A stretch of DNA of 64,000 nucleotides, taken from Bacilli bacterium. GTDB taxonomy: Bacteria; Bacillota_I; Bacilli_A; RFN20; CAG-826. The DNA is taken from positions 9,358-73,357 of the forward strand of contig JBJEDU010000029.1 of NCBI GenBank assembly GCA_051872395.1, written 5' to 3'. Each line of letters opens with the position of its first letter. Positions within the stretch are counted from its first letter, which is position 1. This document shows, one piece after another, positions 1 to 9,731 of the stretch. The translations under genes were made by a program, and so were the position numbers. The notes beneath the pieces are model-generated. The model saw only the letters and a list, made by a program, of their open reading frames with translations, did no database searches and had not been told where the DNA came from.

Positions 1-1365
1 CAAAGAGAATATTTTCTTTCAGGTAAAACCAAAGATATAAAAGAAAGAAAAGAAAACCTTATTAAAATTAAAAATCTAATTATTAAATATCAAAATGAAA
101 TAATAGAAGCTTTTAAACTTGATTTTAATAAATGTGAATTCGATGTTATTTCGACAGAAATCATGATGGCGTTAGAAGAATGTAACTACATGATTAAAAA
201 CATTTATAAATTAACAAGAAGAAAGAGAGTAAAAACATCGATATTATCTTTCCCATCCAAAGGATATCTGTATCAAGAGCCGTATGGAGTAACTTTAATA
301 ATGGCGCCTTGGAATTATCCTTTCCAATTAGCGATTTGTCCTCTTTTTGGTTCTTTGGCTGCTGGAAATACCTCAGTTATTAAACCTGCAAGTTATTCCC
401 ATCACGTCAGTGAAGTCATAAATAAAATATTTGTTGAATTCAACAAACCAGAACTTGTAACCGTGGTCTTGGGTGATCGTTATGTTAATCAAGAATTATT
501 AGACCAAAAATTTGATTATATATTTTTTACTGGTGGAGTAAATGTTGGAAGATTAGTCTTAGAAAAAGCGAGTAAATATGTCACTCCTGTCACTTTAGAA
601 TTAGGAGGGAAATCACCTTGTATCGTCGATAAAAATGTTGATTTAGAAATTGCTGCGAAAAGAATAATTTGGGGAAAATATTTAAACGCTGGACAAACTT
701 GTGTTTCTGTCGATTATGTTTGTGTTCATAAAGATGTGAAAGAACAATTTATTGAACTATGTTTAAAATATATTAATAAATATTATTATAAAGATAATAT
801 TATTAGTGATGATTATCCTTATCTAATTAATGATAAACATTATCAAAAAATTCTTTCCTTAGTTGAAAAAGAAAAAATAATTACTCAAGGAAAATATGAT
901 TCAAGATTATTTGAACCAATGATATTAAATAATATTTCTTTTAGTGATAAGATAATGGAAGAAGAAATATTTGGACCAATTCTACCAATTATCGAATTTA
1001 GTAGCATTGATGAAATAATTGAAAAAATTAATTTAAAAGATAAGCCACTTGCGTTATATTTATTTACTAAAGATAATTCTTTAGTTAAAAAAATAATTAA
1101 TGAGATTTCTTTTGGTGGAGGATGCATTAATGATACAATAATGCATCTAGTCAATCTCAATCTTCCTTTTGGAGGAGTTGGACTTTCTGGAATGGGTTCA
1201 TATCATGGAAAGAAAAGCTTTGAAACATTTTCACACACAAAAGGTGTTTTATTTAAAGGAAAAAGAGAATTAAATATTAAGTATCCACCTTATAATAAGA
1301 AGAAATTAAAATTATTAAAACGGATATCGCATTTGAATAAAAGCGAAAGGAGCAACAACTTATGA
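1..1365 (+). CDS. NAD(P)-dependent aldehyde dehydrogenase (ALDH3-like). The 5' end is partial: frame 1 is open from base 1 with no stop upstream of the track's Met at 163.
   Basis: ALDH motifs are present: ELGGKSP, FTGGVNVGR and the catalytic-Cys context GQTCVS. The frame translates from nt 1 (QREYFLSGKTKDIKERKENL...) and is contiguous with the 163..1365 ORF. Confidence 0.85.
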   Translation, partial: QREYFLSGKTKDIKERKENLIKIKNLIIKYQNEIIEAFKLDFNKCEFDVISTEIMMALEECNYMIKNIYKLTRRKRVKTSILSFPSKGYLYQEPYGVTLIMAPWNYPFQLAICPLFGSLAAGNTSVIKPASYSHHVSEVINKIFVEFNKPELVTVVLGDRYVNQELLDQKFDYIFFTGGVNVGRLVLEKASKYVTPVTLELGGKSPCIVDKNVDLEIAAKRIIWGKYLNAGQTCVSVDYVCVHKDVKEQFIELCLKYINKYYYKDNIISDDYPYLINDKHYQKILSLVEKEKIITQGKYDSRLFEPMILNNISFSDKIMEEEIFGPILPIIEFSSIDEIIEKINLKDKPLALYLFTKDNSLVKKIINEISFGGGCINDTIMHLVNLNLPFGGVGLSGMGSYHGKKSFETFSHTKGVLFKGKRELNIKYPPYNKKKLKLLKRISHLNKSERSNNL

Positions 1366-2117
1366 ATTTTCTAAACATTTTAGCAGATTCAACATCATTC
1401 ACTACCCCTGAAAGTCTCGATTCCATAATTGTAAACTTTTTTAACAATTTAGGTTGGTGGGGAAATTTAATTCTATTATTTATTTCATTATTTTTAGCCA
1501 CATTATTTGGTGGTATATTAGGCTATCAAAGAGAAATCAATGGTCATCCAGCAGGATTTAGAACTCACGTTTTAATTTCCTTAGGAAGCGCACTCATCAT
1601 GATTATCTCCATTTATGGAGTTCCAGGTGGGGCGACAAGAGATCCAATGCGATTAGCCGCGGCTGGCGTTACTGGTATAGGCTTTTTAGGAACTGGCTCC
1701 ATCATCAAAAATGGTGTCACGGTTAAAGGTTTAACCACTGCCGCGACCATTTGGGTCACTATGGCGGTTGGTATGAGTTGTGGTGCTGGTTATTTTGTAA
1801 TTGGAACTTTGACTACCATTATCTCTTTAGTTGCGCTTATCATCTTCAAACACATTGAAAATTGGGCATCAAAAAAGAGCACCAATATCATCATCTTAGT
1901 AAAATCAGATTTCCCAGTCTTTAAAGAATTAATTCCTCTTTTAGAGAAATATGAAATCGCTTATAAAGATTTTGATACAACACTCGTTGATGATTTCAAT
2001 AAACAAGTATTAAGAATACATTTCAAATGTGTTGAAAAGAATAAAGAAGCCATCAATTTATTCATGCAAGAATTTAGGGAGAATTGTCAACCAATCGATA
2101 TTTCTATCATTAAATAA
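1362..2117 (+). CDS. MgtC/SapB-family membrane protein with a C-terminal soluble (ACT-like) domain
   Basis: The signature LGYQREINGHPAGFRTHVLISLGSAL is followed by four or more hydrophobic helices. The start overlaps the upstream stop (ATGA). Confidence 0.7.
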   Translation: MNFLNILADSTSFTTPESLDSIIVNFFNNLGWWGNLILLFISLFLATLFGGILGYQREINGHPAGFRTHVLISLGSALIMIISIYGVPGGATRDPMRLAAAGVTGIGFLGTGSIIKNGVTVKGLTTAATIWVTMAVGMSCGAGYFVIGTLTTIISLVALIIFKHIENWASKKSTNIIILVKSDFPVFKELIPLLEKYEIAYKDFDTTLVDDFNKQVLRIHFKCVEKNKEAINLFMQEFRENCQPIDISIIK

Positions 2118-2144
2118 TGATTAGATAAATTAATAGAAAAAAAT

Positions 2145-2186
2145 AATCGCTATGACAAACATTATTCATAGCGATTTTATTTTTAT
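2145..2186. terminator. Bidirectional Rho-independent terminator between the convergent mgtC-like and capF-like genes
   Basis: Inverted repeat AATCGCTATG (2145-2154) / CATAGCGATT (2167-2176) with a 12-nt loop. It is flanked by an A-run upstream and TTATTTTTATTT downstream. Confidence 0.6.
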
Positions 2187-3298
2187 TTCTTATCAATTTC
2201 TTCTTTATAAGTATCACTTGTAGAAGGATTATATATCTCACTTATCCACATTATTGTATGGCTATTAATTTCACCTACATTTGTAATTTCATGAGTATAA
2301 TTAGGAATGATATCAACTTTCTTTAAATCTTCTCCAGAAACAAGATTTTCTATCATTTCATCAGTTTCGATATTTCTTTGACGAATTAAACATTTGCCCT
2401 TAACTGTGTAAAATATTTCTTTTTTATAAGTGTGATAATGACCACCTTTAGTGATGTTTGGAAAAGAAATATTCTCGCTAATCTGGCCCCATTTTTCTGA
2501 TTTATATAATTCTTGAAATGATCCCCGTTCATCTGAGGCATAATTTAAAGGATAATTTTTGTCCGTTAAATAATCACAAAAAGTAATAAATAATTTACGT
2601 TCAAATTCATCATGAATTAAAGGAAGATGTCTTTCACTTTCAATTTCTTGTTTAAAATAATAAAGCAAAGAACTTAACCTTCCAAGTGAACAATCATAAG
2701 TTGGATTTATATATAATATTTCTTTACTATCATGTTTAATTTTTCGTCTTAAACAATTATGAAATTCATTAACAATATCATCAATATAATTGTAATGGAC
2801 AACATAATTTTCATCACGAATTTGAATAGGTAAATTATTAGCGATGTTATAACAAAATGTCGCAGCAGCAGAATTATATTGAGGGCGACACCATTTACCA
2901 AAAACATTCGCTAAACGATAAATATAGACATTCAAAGATGAGTTGATTAAATAATCTTCCCCCATCTTTTTTGATTTACCATAATCATTATCTAAAGTCG
3001 CTTGAATCGAACTCGACATAATAATTGGTATATCTTTGTTATATTGTTTTACTAAATCCGATAAAAGAATAGTGAAATTAGTATTACCATCATAAAACTC
3101 TTCTACTGTCAATGGACGATTAATACCTGCTAAATGGATAATTGCATCACAATTTTTAATATAAGAGACTAATTGTTCTTTAGTAGAATTAATATCATAT
3201 TCAAAAACTTCATTGTTATGCTTTTTTAAAAGCAAACACATATGTTTTCCAATAAATCCATTACTTCCAGTAACTAATACTTTCATTCTTTTCTCCAA
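2183..3298 (-). CDS. capF: CapF/FnlB-like bifunctional UDP-sugar reductase/epimerase in UDP-L-FucNAc synthesis (N-terminal SDR domain plus C-terminal cupin domain)
   Basis: The N-terminus MKVLVTGSNGFIGKH is a Rossmann GxxGxxG motif. The ~370-aa length with a C-terminal cupin-like region is typical of Cap5F. It is adjacent to CapE and CapG homologues. Confidence 0.65.
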   Translation of the reverse strand: MEKRMKVLVTGSNGFIGKHMCLLLKKHNNEVFEYDINSTKEQLVSYIKNCDAIIHLAGINRPLTVEEFYDGNTNFTILLSDLVKQYNKDIPIIMSSSIQATLDNDYGKSKKMGEDYLINSSLNVYIYRLANVFGKWCRPQYNSAAATFCYNIANNLPIQIRDENYVVHYNYIDDIVNEFHNCLRRKIKHDSKEILYINPTYDCSLGRLSSLLYYFKQEIESERHLPLIHDEFERKLFITFCDYLTDKNYPLNYASDERGSFQELYKSEKWGQISENISFPNITKGGHYHTYKKEIFYTVKGKCLIRQRNIETDEMIENLVSGEDLKKVDIIPNYTHEITNVGEINSHTIMWISEIYNPSTSDTYKEEIDKK

Positions 3299-4431
3299 AC
3301 CATTTTATTAACAACCCCAGTATAAGATTGAATAATCTTGACAACCTTATCACTGACATTAGTGTCTATATAATTATTTACTGGTTTACAACCATCTTTA
3401 TTTAAAATAGCGACTTCCACTGCTTGAAGTAAGTTTTTAGTATCAATACCCGCTAAAACGAAGCATGCTTCATCTAAAGCTTCAGGTCTTTCTGTACTCG
3501 TTCTAATACAAACCGCAGCGATTGGTTTATTAATTGAAGCATAGAAAGAACTTTCTTCTGGTAAAGTACCACTATCGCTAACCACACAATAAGCGTTCAT
3601 TTGTAAATTGTTATAATCATGGAAACCTAAAGGTTCATGCATAATAACTCTTTTATCTAAAACGAAACCAGATTGTTCTAATTTCTTTTTACTACGAGGA
3701 TGGCAACTATATAAAATTGGCATATCATATTTTTTCGCTAATTCATTAATAGCGTTAAATAATGAATAGAAGTTTTTATCAGTATCAATATTTTCTTCTC
3801 GATGAGCGCTCAACAAAATATATTTACCTTTTTCTAATTTTAATCTAGATAAAATATCACTCGATTCAATTTCTTTTAAATTATTTGTTAAAACTTCCGC
3901 CATCGGTGAACCGGTGACATAGGTTCTTTCTTTAGGAAGACCAGTATCTGCTAAATATCTTCTCGCGTGTTCTGAATAAGCTAAATTAACATCAGAGATA
4001 ATATCAACGATTCGTCTATTAGTTTCTTCTGGTAAACATTCATCTTTACATCTATTTCCAGCTTCCATATGGAAAATAGGAATGTGTAATCTTTTCGCAC
4101 CAATAACTGATAAACATGAATTAGTGTCACCTAAAACCAATACCGCATCTGGCATATTTTTTACCATTTCATCGTATGATTTAGCGATGATGTTACCCAT
4201 TGTTTCTCCTAAAGAGTCACCAACAGCTGATAAATAAATATCAGGTTCTTTAATTTTTAAATCTTTAAAAAATACTCCATTTAAGGTGTAATCATAGTTT
4301 TGACCTGTATGCACTAAAAGAGTATCAAAATATAATCGACATTTATTAATGACCGCGGCTAAACGAATAATTTCTGGTCTAGTTCCAACGATGATCATTA
4401 ATTTTAATTTTCCATTATTTAAAAATGGCAT
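3283..4431 (-). CDS. capG: Non-hydrolysing UDP-N-acetylglucosamine 2-epimerase family (CapG/FnlC-like)
   Basis: The protein is 382 aa. The N-terminus KLMIIVGTRPEIIRLAAVI and the HMEAG and SDSGTLPEE motifs are typical of the WecB/CapG 2-epimerase family. Confidence 0.8.
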   Translation of the reverse strand: MPFLNNGKLKLMIIVGTRPEIIRLAAVINKCRLYFDTLLVHTGQNYDYTLNGVFFKDLKIKEPDIYLSAVGDSLGETMGNIIAKSYDEMVKNMPDAVLVLGDTNSCLSVIGAKRLHIPIFHMEAGNRCKDECLPEETNRRIVDIISDVNLAYSEHARRYLADTGLPKERTYVTGSPMAEVLTNNLKEIESSDILSRLKLEKGKYILLSAHREENIDTDKNFYSLFNAINELAKKYDMPILYSCHPRSKKKLEQSGFVLDKRVIMHEPLGFHDYNNLQMNAYCVVSDSGTLPEESSFYASINKPIAAVCIRTSTERPEALDEACFVLAGIDTKNLLQAVEVAILNKDGCKPVNNYIDTNVSDKVVKIIQSYTGVVNKMVWRKE

Positions 4432-4454
4432 AGTAATAAACTCCTTAATATTAT

Positions 4455-5651
4455 TTATTCGTGTTGTTTAACTGGTCCACCAAAAAGTTCCAATTTTTTG
4501 AGGAGTGTTTTCATTCCTTCAACATCAAGTCGGCCAGTATTATGAGATGTATAACTTTCTCCTAAATTAAGTTTTTTATTTCCTTTTGAGAAATATTTAT
4601 CATAATTGAGGTCACGATTATCAGCTTTAATGCAGAAGAAGTTACCCATATCTATCGATTTTAACATTTCTTCTTGAGTGACTAAAGTTTCATAAAGTTT
4701 TTCACCATGACGAGTGCCGATATAAGAAATACCAGTTTTACTATCTGTTAATTCAATGATTGCTTTCGCTAAAGTATCGATAGTGGCAGCAGGAGCTTTT
4801 TGAACAAATAAATCACCTTGTTCACCATGTTCGAATGCATATAATACTAAATCGACTGCATCATCAAGTGTCATCATAAATCTTGTCATATCAGGGTTAG
4901 TGATAGTAATTGGTTTTCCTTCGCTAATTTGATTTAAAAATAAAGGAATGACACTTCCTCTACTAGCCATAACATTACCGTATCTCGTCAAACATAAAAT
5001 TGTGTCACCTTCTAATAATTGACGGCTTCTAGCAATAACGTTTTTCTCCATTAATGCTTTAGAAATTCCCATCGCATTGATTGGATATGCGGCTTTATCT
5101 GTCGATAAGAAAATAGCTTTTTTAACGTGATTTCTCACACATGCAGTAATAACATTATCGCTACCAATAACGTTAGTTCTTACTGCTTCCATTGGATAAA
5201 ATTCACAAGAAGGAACTTGCTTTAACGCCGCAGCAGAGAAGACATAATCAACTCCGATAAAAGCGTCAATGATACTATCAAGATTTCTTACATCACCAAT
5301 ATAAAATTTTAATTTGTCACTATTGTATGCTTTACGCATATCATCTTGTTTCTTTTCATCACGACTGAGAATACGAATTTCTTTAATGTCAGAATTTAAA
5401 AATCGATCGACGACCGCATGACCAAAACTACCAGTTCCACCAGTAATTAATAACACTTTATCTTTTAATATAGAAGTGTCGGTTTTTGCATGTTCTTTAA
5501 GTTTTTCAATGATTCCTTTCAACTTTAATTGGTCGACATTTTTTTCATCATTTTCATAAAGAACATATGTTCTAAGTGGCATGCCAACGATTTCACTCGC
5601 GGCTTTTTGTGTTAATTTGCAATTTTTGCGTATTTTTTTTAATGATTCCAT
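4455..5651 (-). CDS. capE: CapE/FnlA-like UDP-GlcNAc 4,6-dehydratase/5,3-epimerase with an N-terminal XRE-type helix-turn-helix extension of about 55 aa
   Basis: The core (LLITGGTGSFGHAVVDRFL...IGDVR...YVFSAAALKQVPSCEF...STDKAAYPINAMGISKAL...YGNVMASRGSVIPLF) is near-collinear with staphylococcal Cap5E, as I recall that sequence from memory. The N-terminal LKKIRKNCKLTQKAASEIVGMPLRTYVLYEN resembles HTH_XRE. A strong SD (AGGAGA) lies 7 nt before the ATG at 5651. Confidence 0.8.
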   Translation of the reverse strand: MESLKKIRKNCKLTQKAASEIVGMPLRTYVLYENDEKNVDQLKLKGIIEKLKEHAKTDTSILKDKVLLITGGTGSFGHAVVDRFLNSDIKEIRILSRDEKKQDDMRKAYNSDKLKFYIGDVRNLDSIIDAFIGVDYVFSAAALKQVPSCEFYPMEAVRTNVIGSDNVITACVRNHVKKAIFLSTDKAAYPINAMGISKALMEKNVIARSRQLLEGDTILCLTRYGNVMASRGSVIPLFLNQISEGKPITITNPDMTRFMMTLDDAVDLVLYAFEHGEQGDLFVQKAPAATIDTLAKAIIELTDSKTGISYIGTRHGEKLYETLVTQEEMLKSIDMGNFFCIKADNRDLNYDKYFSKGNKKLNLGESYTSHNTGRLDVEGMKTLLKKLELFGGPVKQHE

Positions 5652-5726
5652 AAGAAATCTCCTATCTATATTTAAAATATAATAGTATTAATTATAGTTC
5701 AATAAAAAAGTGCAATTTTTGCATTT

Positions 5727-6455
5727 TTACTTTAATGCTTCTTGCACTTCTTTATAATCAATATTTTCAAATGTTATCGTATCAATTTTGCCCTTAATAG
5801 AATTTAATTCATCTTTATTTCTAATGGTCCAAACATTGACGAAATGATGTTTTTGATATCTTCTAACCGTTTTATCATTTACTAATAATTGGTCGATATC
5901 AATTGAATTAAAAAGTGGTCTAAATAACATTGTCCATTTCTTTTTACTCCACACTAATAAGGAAGTAATGACTTTATGTTTTCTTACTCTCGCTAACACT
6001 CTTGGATCAAAAGAAATGAACATATATTTTGATTTATCTTTTATTTTATTTTTAATAAATTCATTAAATACTTTTGCTAAAGATTTGTAGTTAAGGTCCA
6101 CGACTTTAAGTTCGATAACTAAAGGCACTCTTTCATTAATTAAAGATAAGACTTCTTCTAATAAAGGAACTTTTCCACCATCTAAAAGTTTGTAATTATC
6201 ACAAATTTCTTGATATGTTAATTTCTCGATTTGTCCTTGTTTACCAGTTGTGCGAAGTAAATCATCATCGTGACAAACCACTAATAAGTTATCTTTTGTT
6301 AAATGAATATCGAGCTCAATCGCTAAATCATGTTTAATCGCGTTATTAAAAGCCTTCAATCCATTTTCTGTAAATTTTTCATTGTGTAATCCTCGATGCG
6401 CAATTCCTTTTAAAAAACGAGGATCAATTTTATTAATTAGTTTATCTTTTTTCAT
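5727..6455 (-). CDS. Glycerophosphodiester phosphodiesterase (GDPD family)
   Basis: IAHRGLHNE...ENGLKAFNNAIKHDLAIELDIHLTKDNLLVVCHDDDL is the GP-PDE catalytic signature (HR(G) and E/D/H residues). Confidence 0.75.
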   Translation of the reverse strand: MKKDKLINKIDPRFLKGIAHRGLHNEKFTENGLKAFNNAIKHDLAIELDIHLTKDNLLVVCHDDDLLRTTGKQGQIEKLTYQEICDNYKLLDGGKVPLLEEVLSLINERVPLVIELKVVDLNYKSLAKVFNEFIKNKIKDKSKYMFISFDPRVLARVRKHKVITSLLVWSKKKWTMLFRPLFNSIDIDQLLVNDKTVRRYQKHHFVNVWTIRNKDELNSIKGKIDTITFENIDYKEVQEALK

Positions 6456-6457
6456 AA

Positions 6458-7903
6458 TTAATTATCGACATCTAACGCTTCTAAACCTTTTTTAATCTTA
6501 TTCTTATCAACTTTGATATTTTTAACAAAGAAGAAAACGATAAGAGAAAGGACTAAACAAATAATGGAATAAATTGGAAGGAAAGAAAAATCAAAATTAA
6601 ATTGAGGTAAAAGAAGAACACCTAATAAACATGGTGTAATAGTTTGGGCTGCCATGGAGGAAGCATAATATAAACCAGTGAATTTACCAATCTTTTTACT
6701 TGAACATAATTCAACAACCATTGGGAATGAATTTACATGAACTAAGCTCATGCCAAATCCTTTGATGAACCAAACAATATATAAATATGCAGGGAAAACA
6801 TTAAATCCATTTGAAGAAGCGCTAAGAGGGATAAATGAGGAACACAAAATCCAAATTAATGTACCTAAAATCGCTAAAGAGAGACCAGAAAACACTGTCC
6901 ATTTTCTTCCAATTTTAGAGGATAAAATACCGCCAATTAAAAATCCGATAACACTTCCAACACCACCAACAATCGTGTTTATCATTGAAGAAGAATGTTC
7001 GCATCCTAAATAGAAAATTGTATAGTTGCCAATAAATGTCGATACAGCGTTATCGCTCATAAACCATAAAAACTCTGCCGCTAAAATTAAAATCAACATA
7101 ATTTTATTAGCTTTACTCATTGGTTTCTCTTCATCTTTAGAAACATCATCTTCTACTGCAGCGAGTTTCTCACCGAGTTCCATATCGCCTCTAACTTCTT
7201 CAGCGATTTTATTTTCATTAACATTGAAGAACAAAACTAAAGCACTTACTAAAATTAAAACACTAGCTACTAAGAATGGACCTTCAATAAGCCAAATATT
7301 TGATGTCCCATTTACCCAATATTCGCTAGTGTTTTCACTTGTACCAAGATACTTTGAAAAACTAAAGAAAATTGCTAAAACTGTTGCAAAAGCCCCACCA
7401 ATATATCCCATTATGTTAATAATTCCGTTAGCTTTACTACGAAGTGGTTTAGGTGTCATATCAGGCATTAACGCTACAGCAGGATTACGATACATCATTG
7501 CAAAGAAAACAACAATTGCCATCACAACGAATGTTCCAAATAAATTATGGAAATGGAAAAAGACAGGAATAAATGGGAAAGCGATTGCACATACAAATGT
7601 CCCTACTAAAATAAATGGCATTCTTTTACCAATTTTTGTATGTGTCCTATCACTTAATTTTCCAAATATCGGAAGCATAATTAAGGCTGCAAGATTATCA
7701 AAAGCCATCACAATACCAACCAGATATTGTACTGACCTTTCATCAGTAGTGTGAAATACTTCTTTAAATAGTTCAGTAAGCATTGTTGGACACCAGCTAT
7801 CATAGACTTGCCATAATAACAAAATGCCAAAAAACGCAAACCCAATTAAACAAGTTCTTTTGTAATTGAGTTTCAAAGGTGAAGAATTTGATTTACTATT
7901 CAT
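6458..7903 (-). CDS. MFS transporter of the glycoside-pentoside-hexuronide:cation symporter (GPH) type, with an acidic central loop
   Basis: About 12 TM helices. The GPH-like motif LSDRTHTKIGKRMPFIL matches D-R-T...G-R-R-P. The RBS GAGGAAAA precedes the ATG at 7903. Confidence 0.65.
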   Translation of the reverse strand: MNSKSNSSPLKLNYKRTCLIGFAFFGILLLWQVYDSWCPTMLTELFKEVFHTTDERSVQYLVGIVMAFDNLAALIMLPIFGKLSDRTHTKIGKRMPFILVGTFVCAIAFPFIPVFFHFHNLFGTFVVMAIVVFFAMMYRNPAVALMPDMTPKPLRSKANGIINIMGYIGGAFATVLAIFFSFSKYLGTSENTSEYWVNGTSNIWLIEGPFLVASVLILVSALVLFFNVNENKIAEEVRGDMELGEKLAAVEDDVSKDEEKPMSKANKIMLILILAAEFLWFMSDNAVSTFIGNYTIFYLGCEHSSSMINTIVGGVGSVIGFLIGGILSSKIGRKWTVFSGLSLAILGTLIWILCSSFIPLSASSNGFNVFPAYLYIVWFIKGFGMSLVHVNSFPMVVELCSSKKIGKFTGLYYASSMAAQTITPCLLGVLLLPQFNFDFSFLPIYSIICLVLSLIVFFFVKNIKVDKNKIKKGLEALDVDN

Positions 7904-8060
7904 TTAATTTTTCCTCTTCTTTTTTAAAAAAATTTTATCGGTAGCAGTTTCTTCATAAATCGATATTTTTTATAGAAGAAAAAGTGTTCCATCCAAGTCA
8001 AAATTAGTAACTTGCCTCATATTGATAGTTTATCATTGAATGAATACTAATATAAATAAA

Positions 8061-9731
8061 TTAATCAAAATAACTATTCGCGCCGGTCACTATCTCATCA
8101 TTATGACTAATCGATAGATTATAAACATAGTTACCGATATTTAATAAAGAAGAATTATCAGTTAAATATTCATTATCGATATAAACATTATTAATATTAA
8201 TATCTTTAACAAAATGCTCTTCAGTATTATTAAATCCACTTCTATTATCTAAACATCCACTTATATTGATTAAAGATTTAGAAGCATTAGATAAAACTAA
8301 AACATTATTAATATAAATAGATTCAATAAAGCCCAAAGACGTTGTCGCGTGATTAGTGGACCAAGTTGAAGAATATAAATTTTGAATATCAATTAGATAA
8401 GGAACTCCATCTCCACACCCCATTCTTGCATTTTCAATAGTGATGTTTTCAAAATGGACATTTTTAATGTATGCATTATTTGCATTATGAATTGAGATAA
8501 CTGCTTTATGGTAGTTAAATAATACTGTTATATCTTTAAAATAAATGTCTTCAAATACTAAACCAACGGTCTCATATCCAAGTTCCATTGACTGGGCTAA
8601 ATCAGTCCATATTTGACATTTTTCAAATACGATATTTTTTGTGGTTCCTTGTTCGTTTCTATTAGACCATTTAGGATAATTTTTAACAACTAGAGAATCA
8701 TCCCAAGTTCTAACAAAAGAATTTTTGCAAATGACATTTTGACAAGATTGAACGCTAACGCCATCACCATTGCTTCGCGAAGAAATTATTTTTATATCTT
8801 CTAATAAAACTTGATTAGAAAAATATAAATTATAGCACCAGCCAGCAGGATCGAGAGTGGTTATTCCTTTAAAAATAATATTGCTACAGTAATTAAATTC
8901 AAAAGGAATCAACTTACTTCCAGTTTCACCATTCCTTTCAAAATCCGCACCTAAAACAATTCCATCACCAATAATTTCAATATTTGAGGCGGAATTTGCA
9001 ATAAAACCAGCTTTTAAAACTGCGCCTTTTTCTAAAATTACTGTCGTATTGCTACTTAATGAAATTAGATTATTACTACCAATATAAGAAGAATTATTTT
9101 TATCATGAATACCTTTTTCAAAGACAATCGTTTTATTATTTGAAAAAGATGAAGCATATCCATCTATAGGATTAACAAATAGATGAAAAGAATAGTTTTT
9201 TAAAAAAGAAATAGTATATTGACCTAATTCAGAAATTTTAAAATTGACCACTCTTCGATTATAATCTTTTTCATGTTCGATATGTTTATCGCCGGGCATA
9301 ACTCTCGTAGTCAATTCTTTAAATGCGAAATTGGTTTGTAAAGATAAATTTATTTCACCATCTAAATTAATAATAGCAACTCCGGCTTCAACAAATATTT
9401 GAGGGTTGGCACTCCAAACTCGATTAGGGTTTGTGTTAGTGTGATAAACCGGTATTTCTTTGTCTCCGCAAAAAAGACGAAATGAAGAAGCATAAATGTC
9501 TTCATTTAATTTATTTGAATAATCTAGTTGCCCTTTAATGCTTCCTTTATTAGAAAAATAATCTTCTTCTAATATATAAAATCCATCATCATCTTTTTCA
9601 TATTCTTTTTCTATAATACTTTCATATTCATTAGATGAAGATTGAGAAGAAAAGTCATTATTTACTGTACAGGCAGATAAAAATACTATTAAAAAAGAAA
9701 TCAAAAAAATTCTAAATTTCTTCATTTTCAA
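8061..9731 (-). CDS. Surface lipoprotein with a right-handed beta-helix (pectate-lyase fold, GH28-like) putative glycoside hydrolase domain
   Basis: Lipoprotein signal MKMKKFRIFLISFLIVFLSAC. The motif block SNGDGVSVQSC...VRTWDDSLVVKN...WTDLAQSMELGYET resembles GH28 NTDGI/GDDC boxes. It is paralogous to the 21589..24213 protein. The start overlaps the upstream gene's stop. Confidence 0.6.
   Translation of the reverse strand: MKMKKFRIFLISFLIVFLSACTVNNDFSSQSSSNEYESIIEKEYEKDDDGFYILEEDYFSNKGSIKGQLDYSNKLNEDIYASSFRLFCGDKEIPVYHTNTNPNRVWSANPQIFVEAGVAIINLDGEINLSLQTNFAFKELTTRVMPGDKHIEHEKDYNRRVVNFKISELGQYTISFLKNYSFHLFVNPIDGYASSFSNNKTIVFEKGIHDKNNSSYIGSNNLISLSSNTTVILEKGAVLKAGFIANSASNIEIIGDGIVLGADFERNGETGSKLIPFEFNYCSNIIFKGITTLDPAGWCYNLYFSNQVLLEDIKIISSRSNGDGVSVQSCQNVICKNSFVRTWDDSLVVKNYPKWSNRNEQGTTKNIVFEKCQIWTDLAQSMELGYETVGLVFEDIYFKDITVLFNYHKAVISIHNANNAYIKNVHFENITIENARMGCGDGVPYLIDIQNLYSSTWSTNHATTSLGFIESIYINNVLVLSNASKSLINISGCLDNRSGFNNTEEHFVKDININNVYIDNEYLTDNSSLLNIGNYVYNLSISHNDEIVTGANSYFD

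Noticed and set aside
7026-7754. 242-aa plus-strand ORF (and the 87-aa ORF at 6750..7013) inside the MFS transporter gene
   Set aside because: It is entirely antisense to a well-supported transporter CDS. It is low-complexity (Ser/Thr/Ala/Ile runs), as mirrored from hydrophobic codons, and has no RBS. I judge it an antisense artefact.
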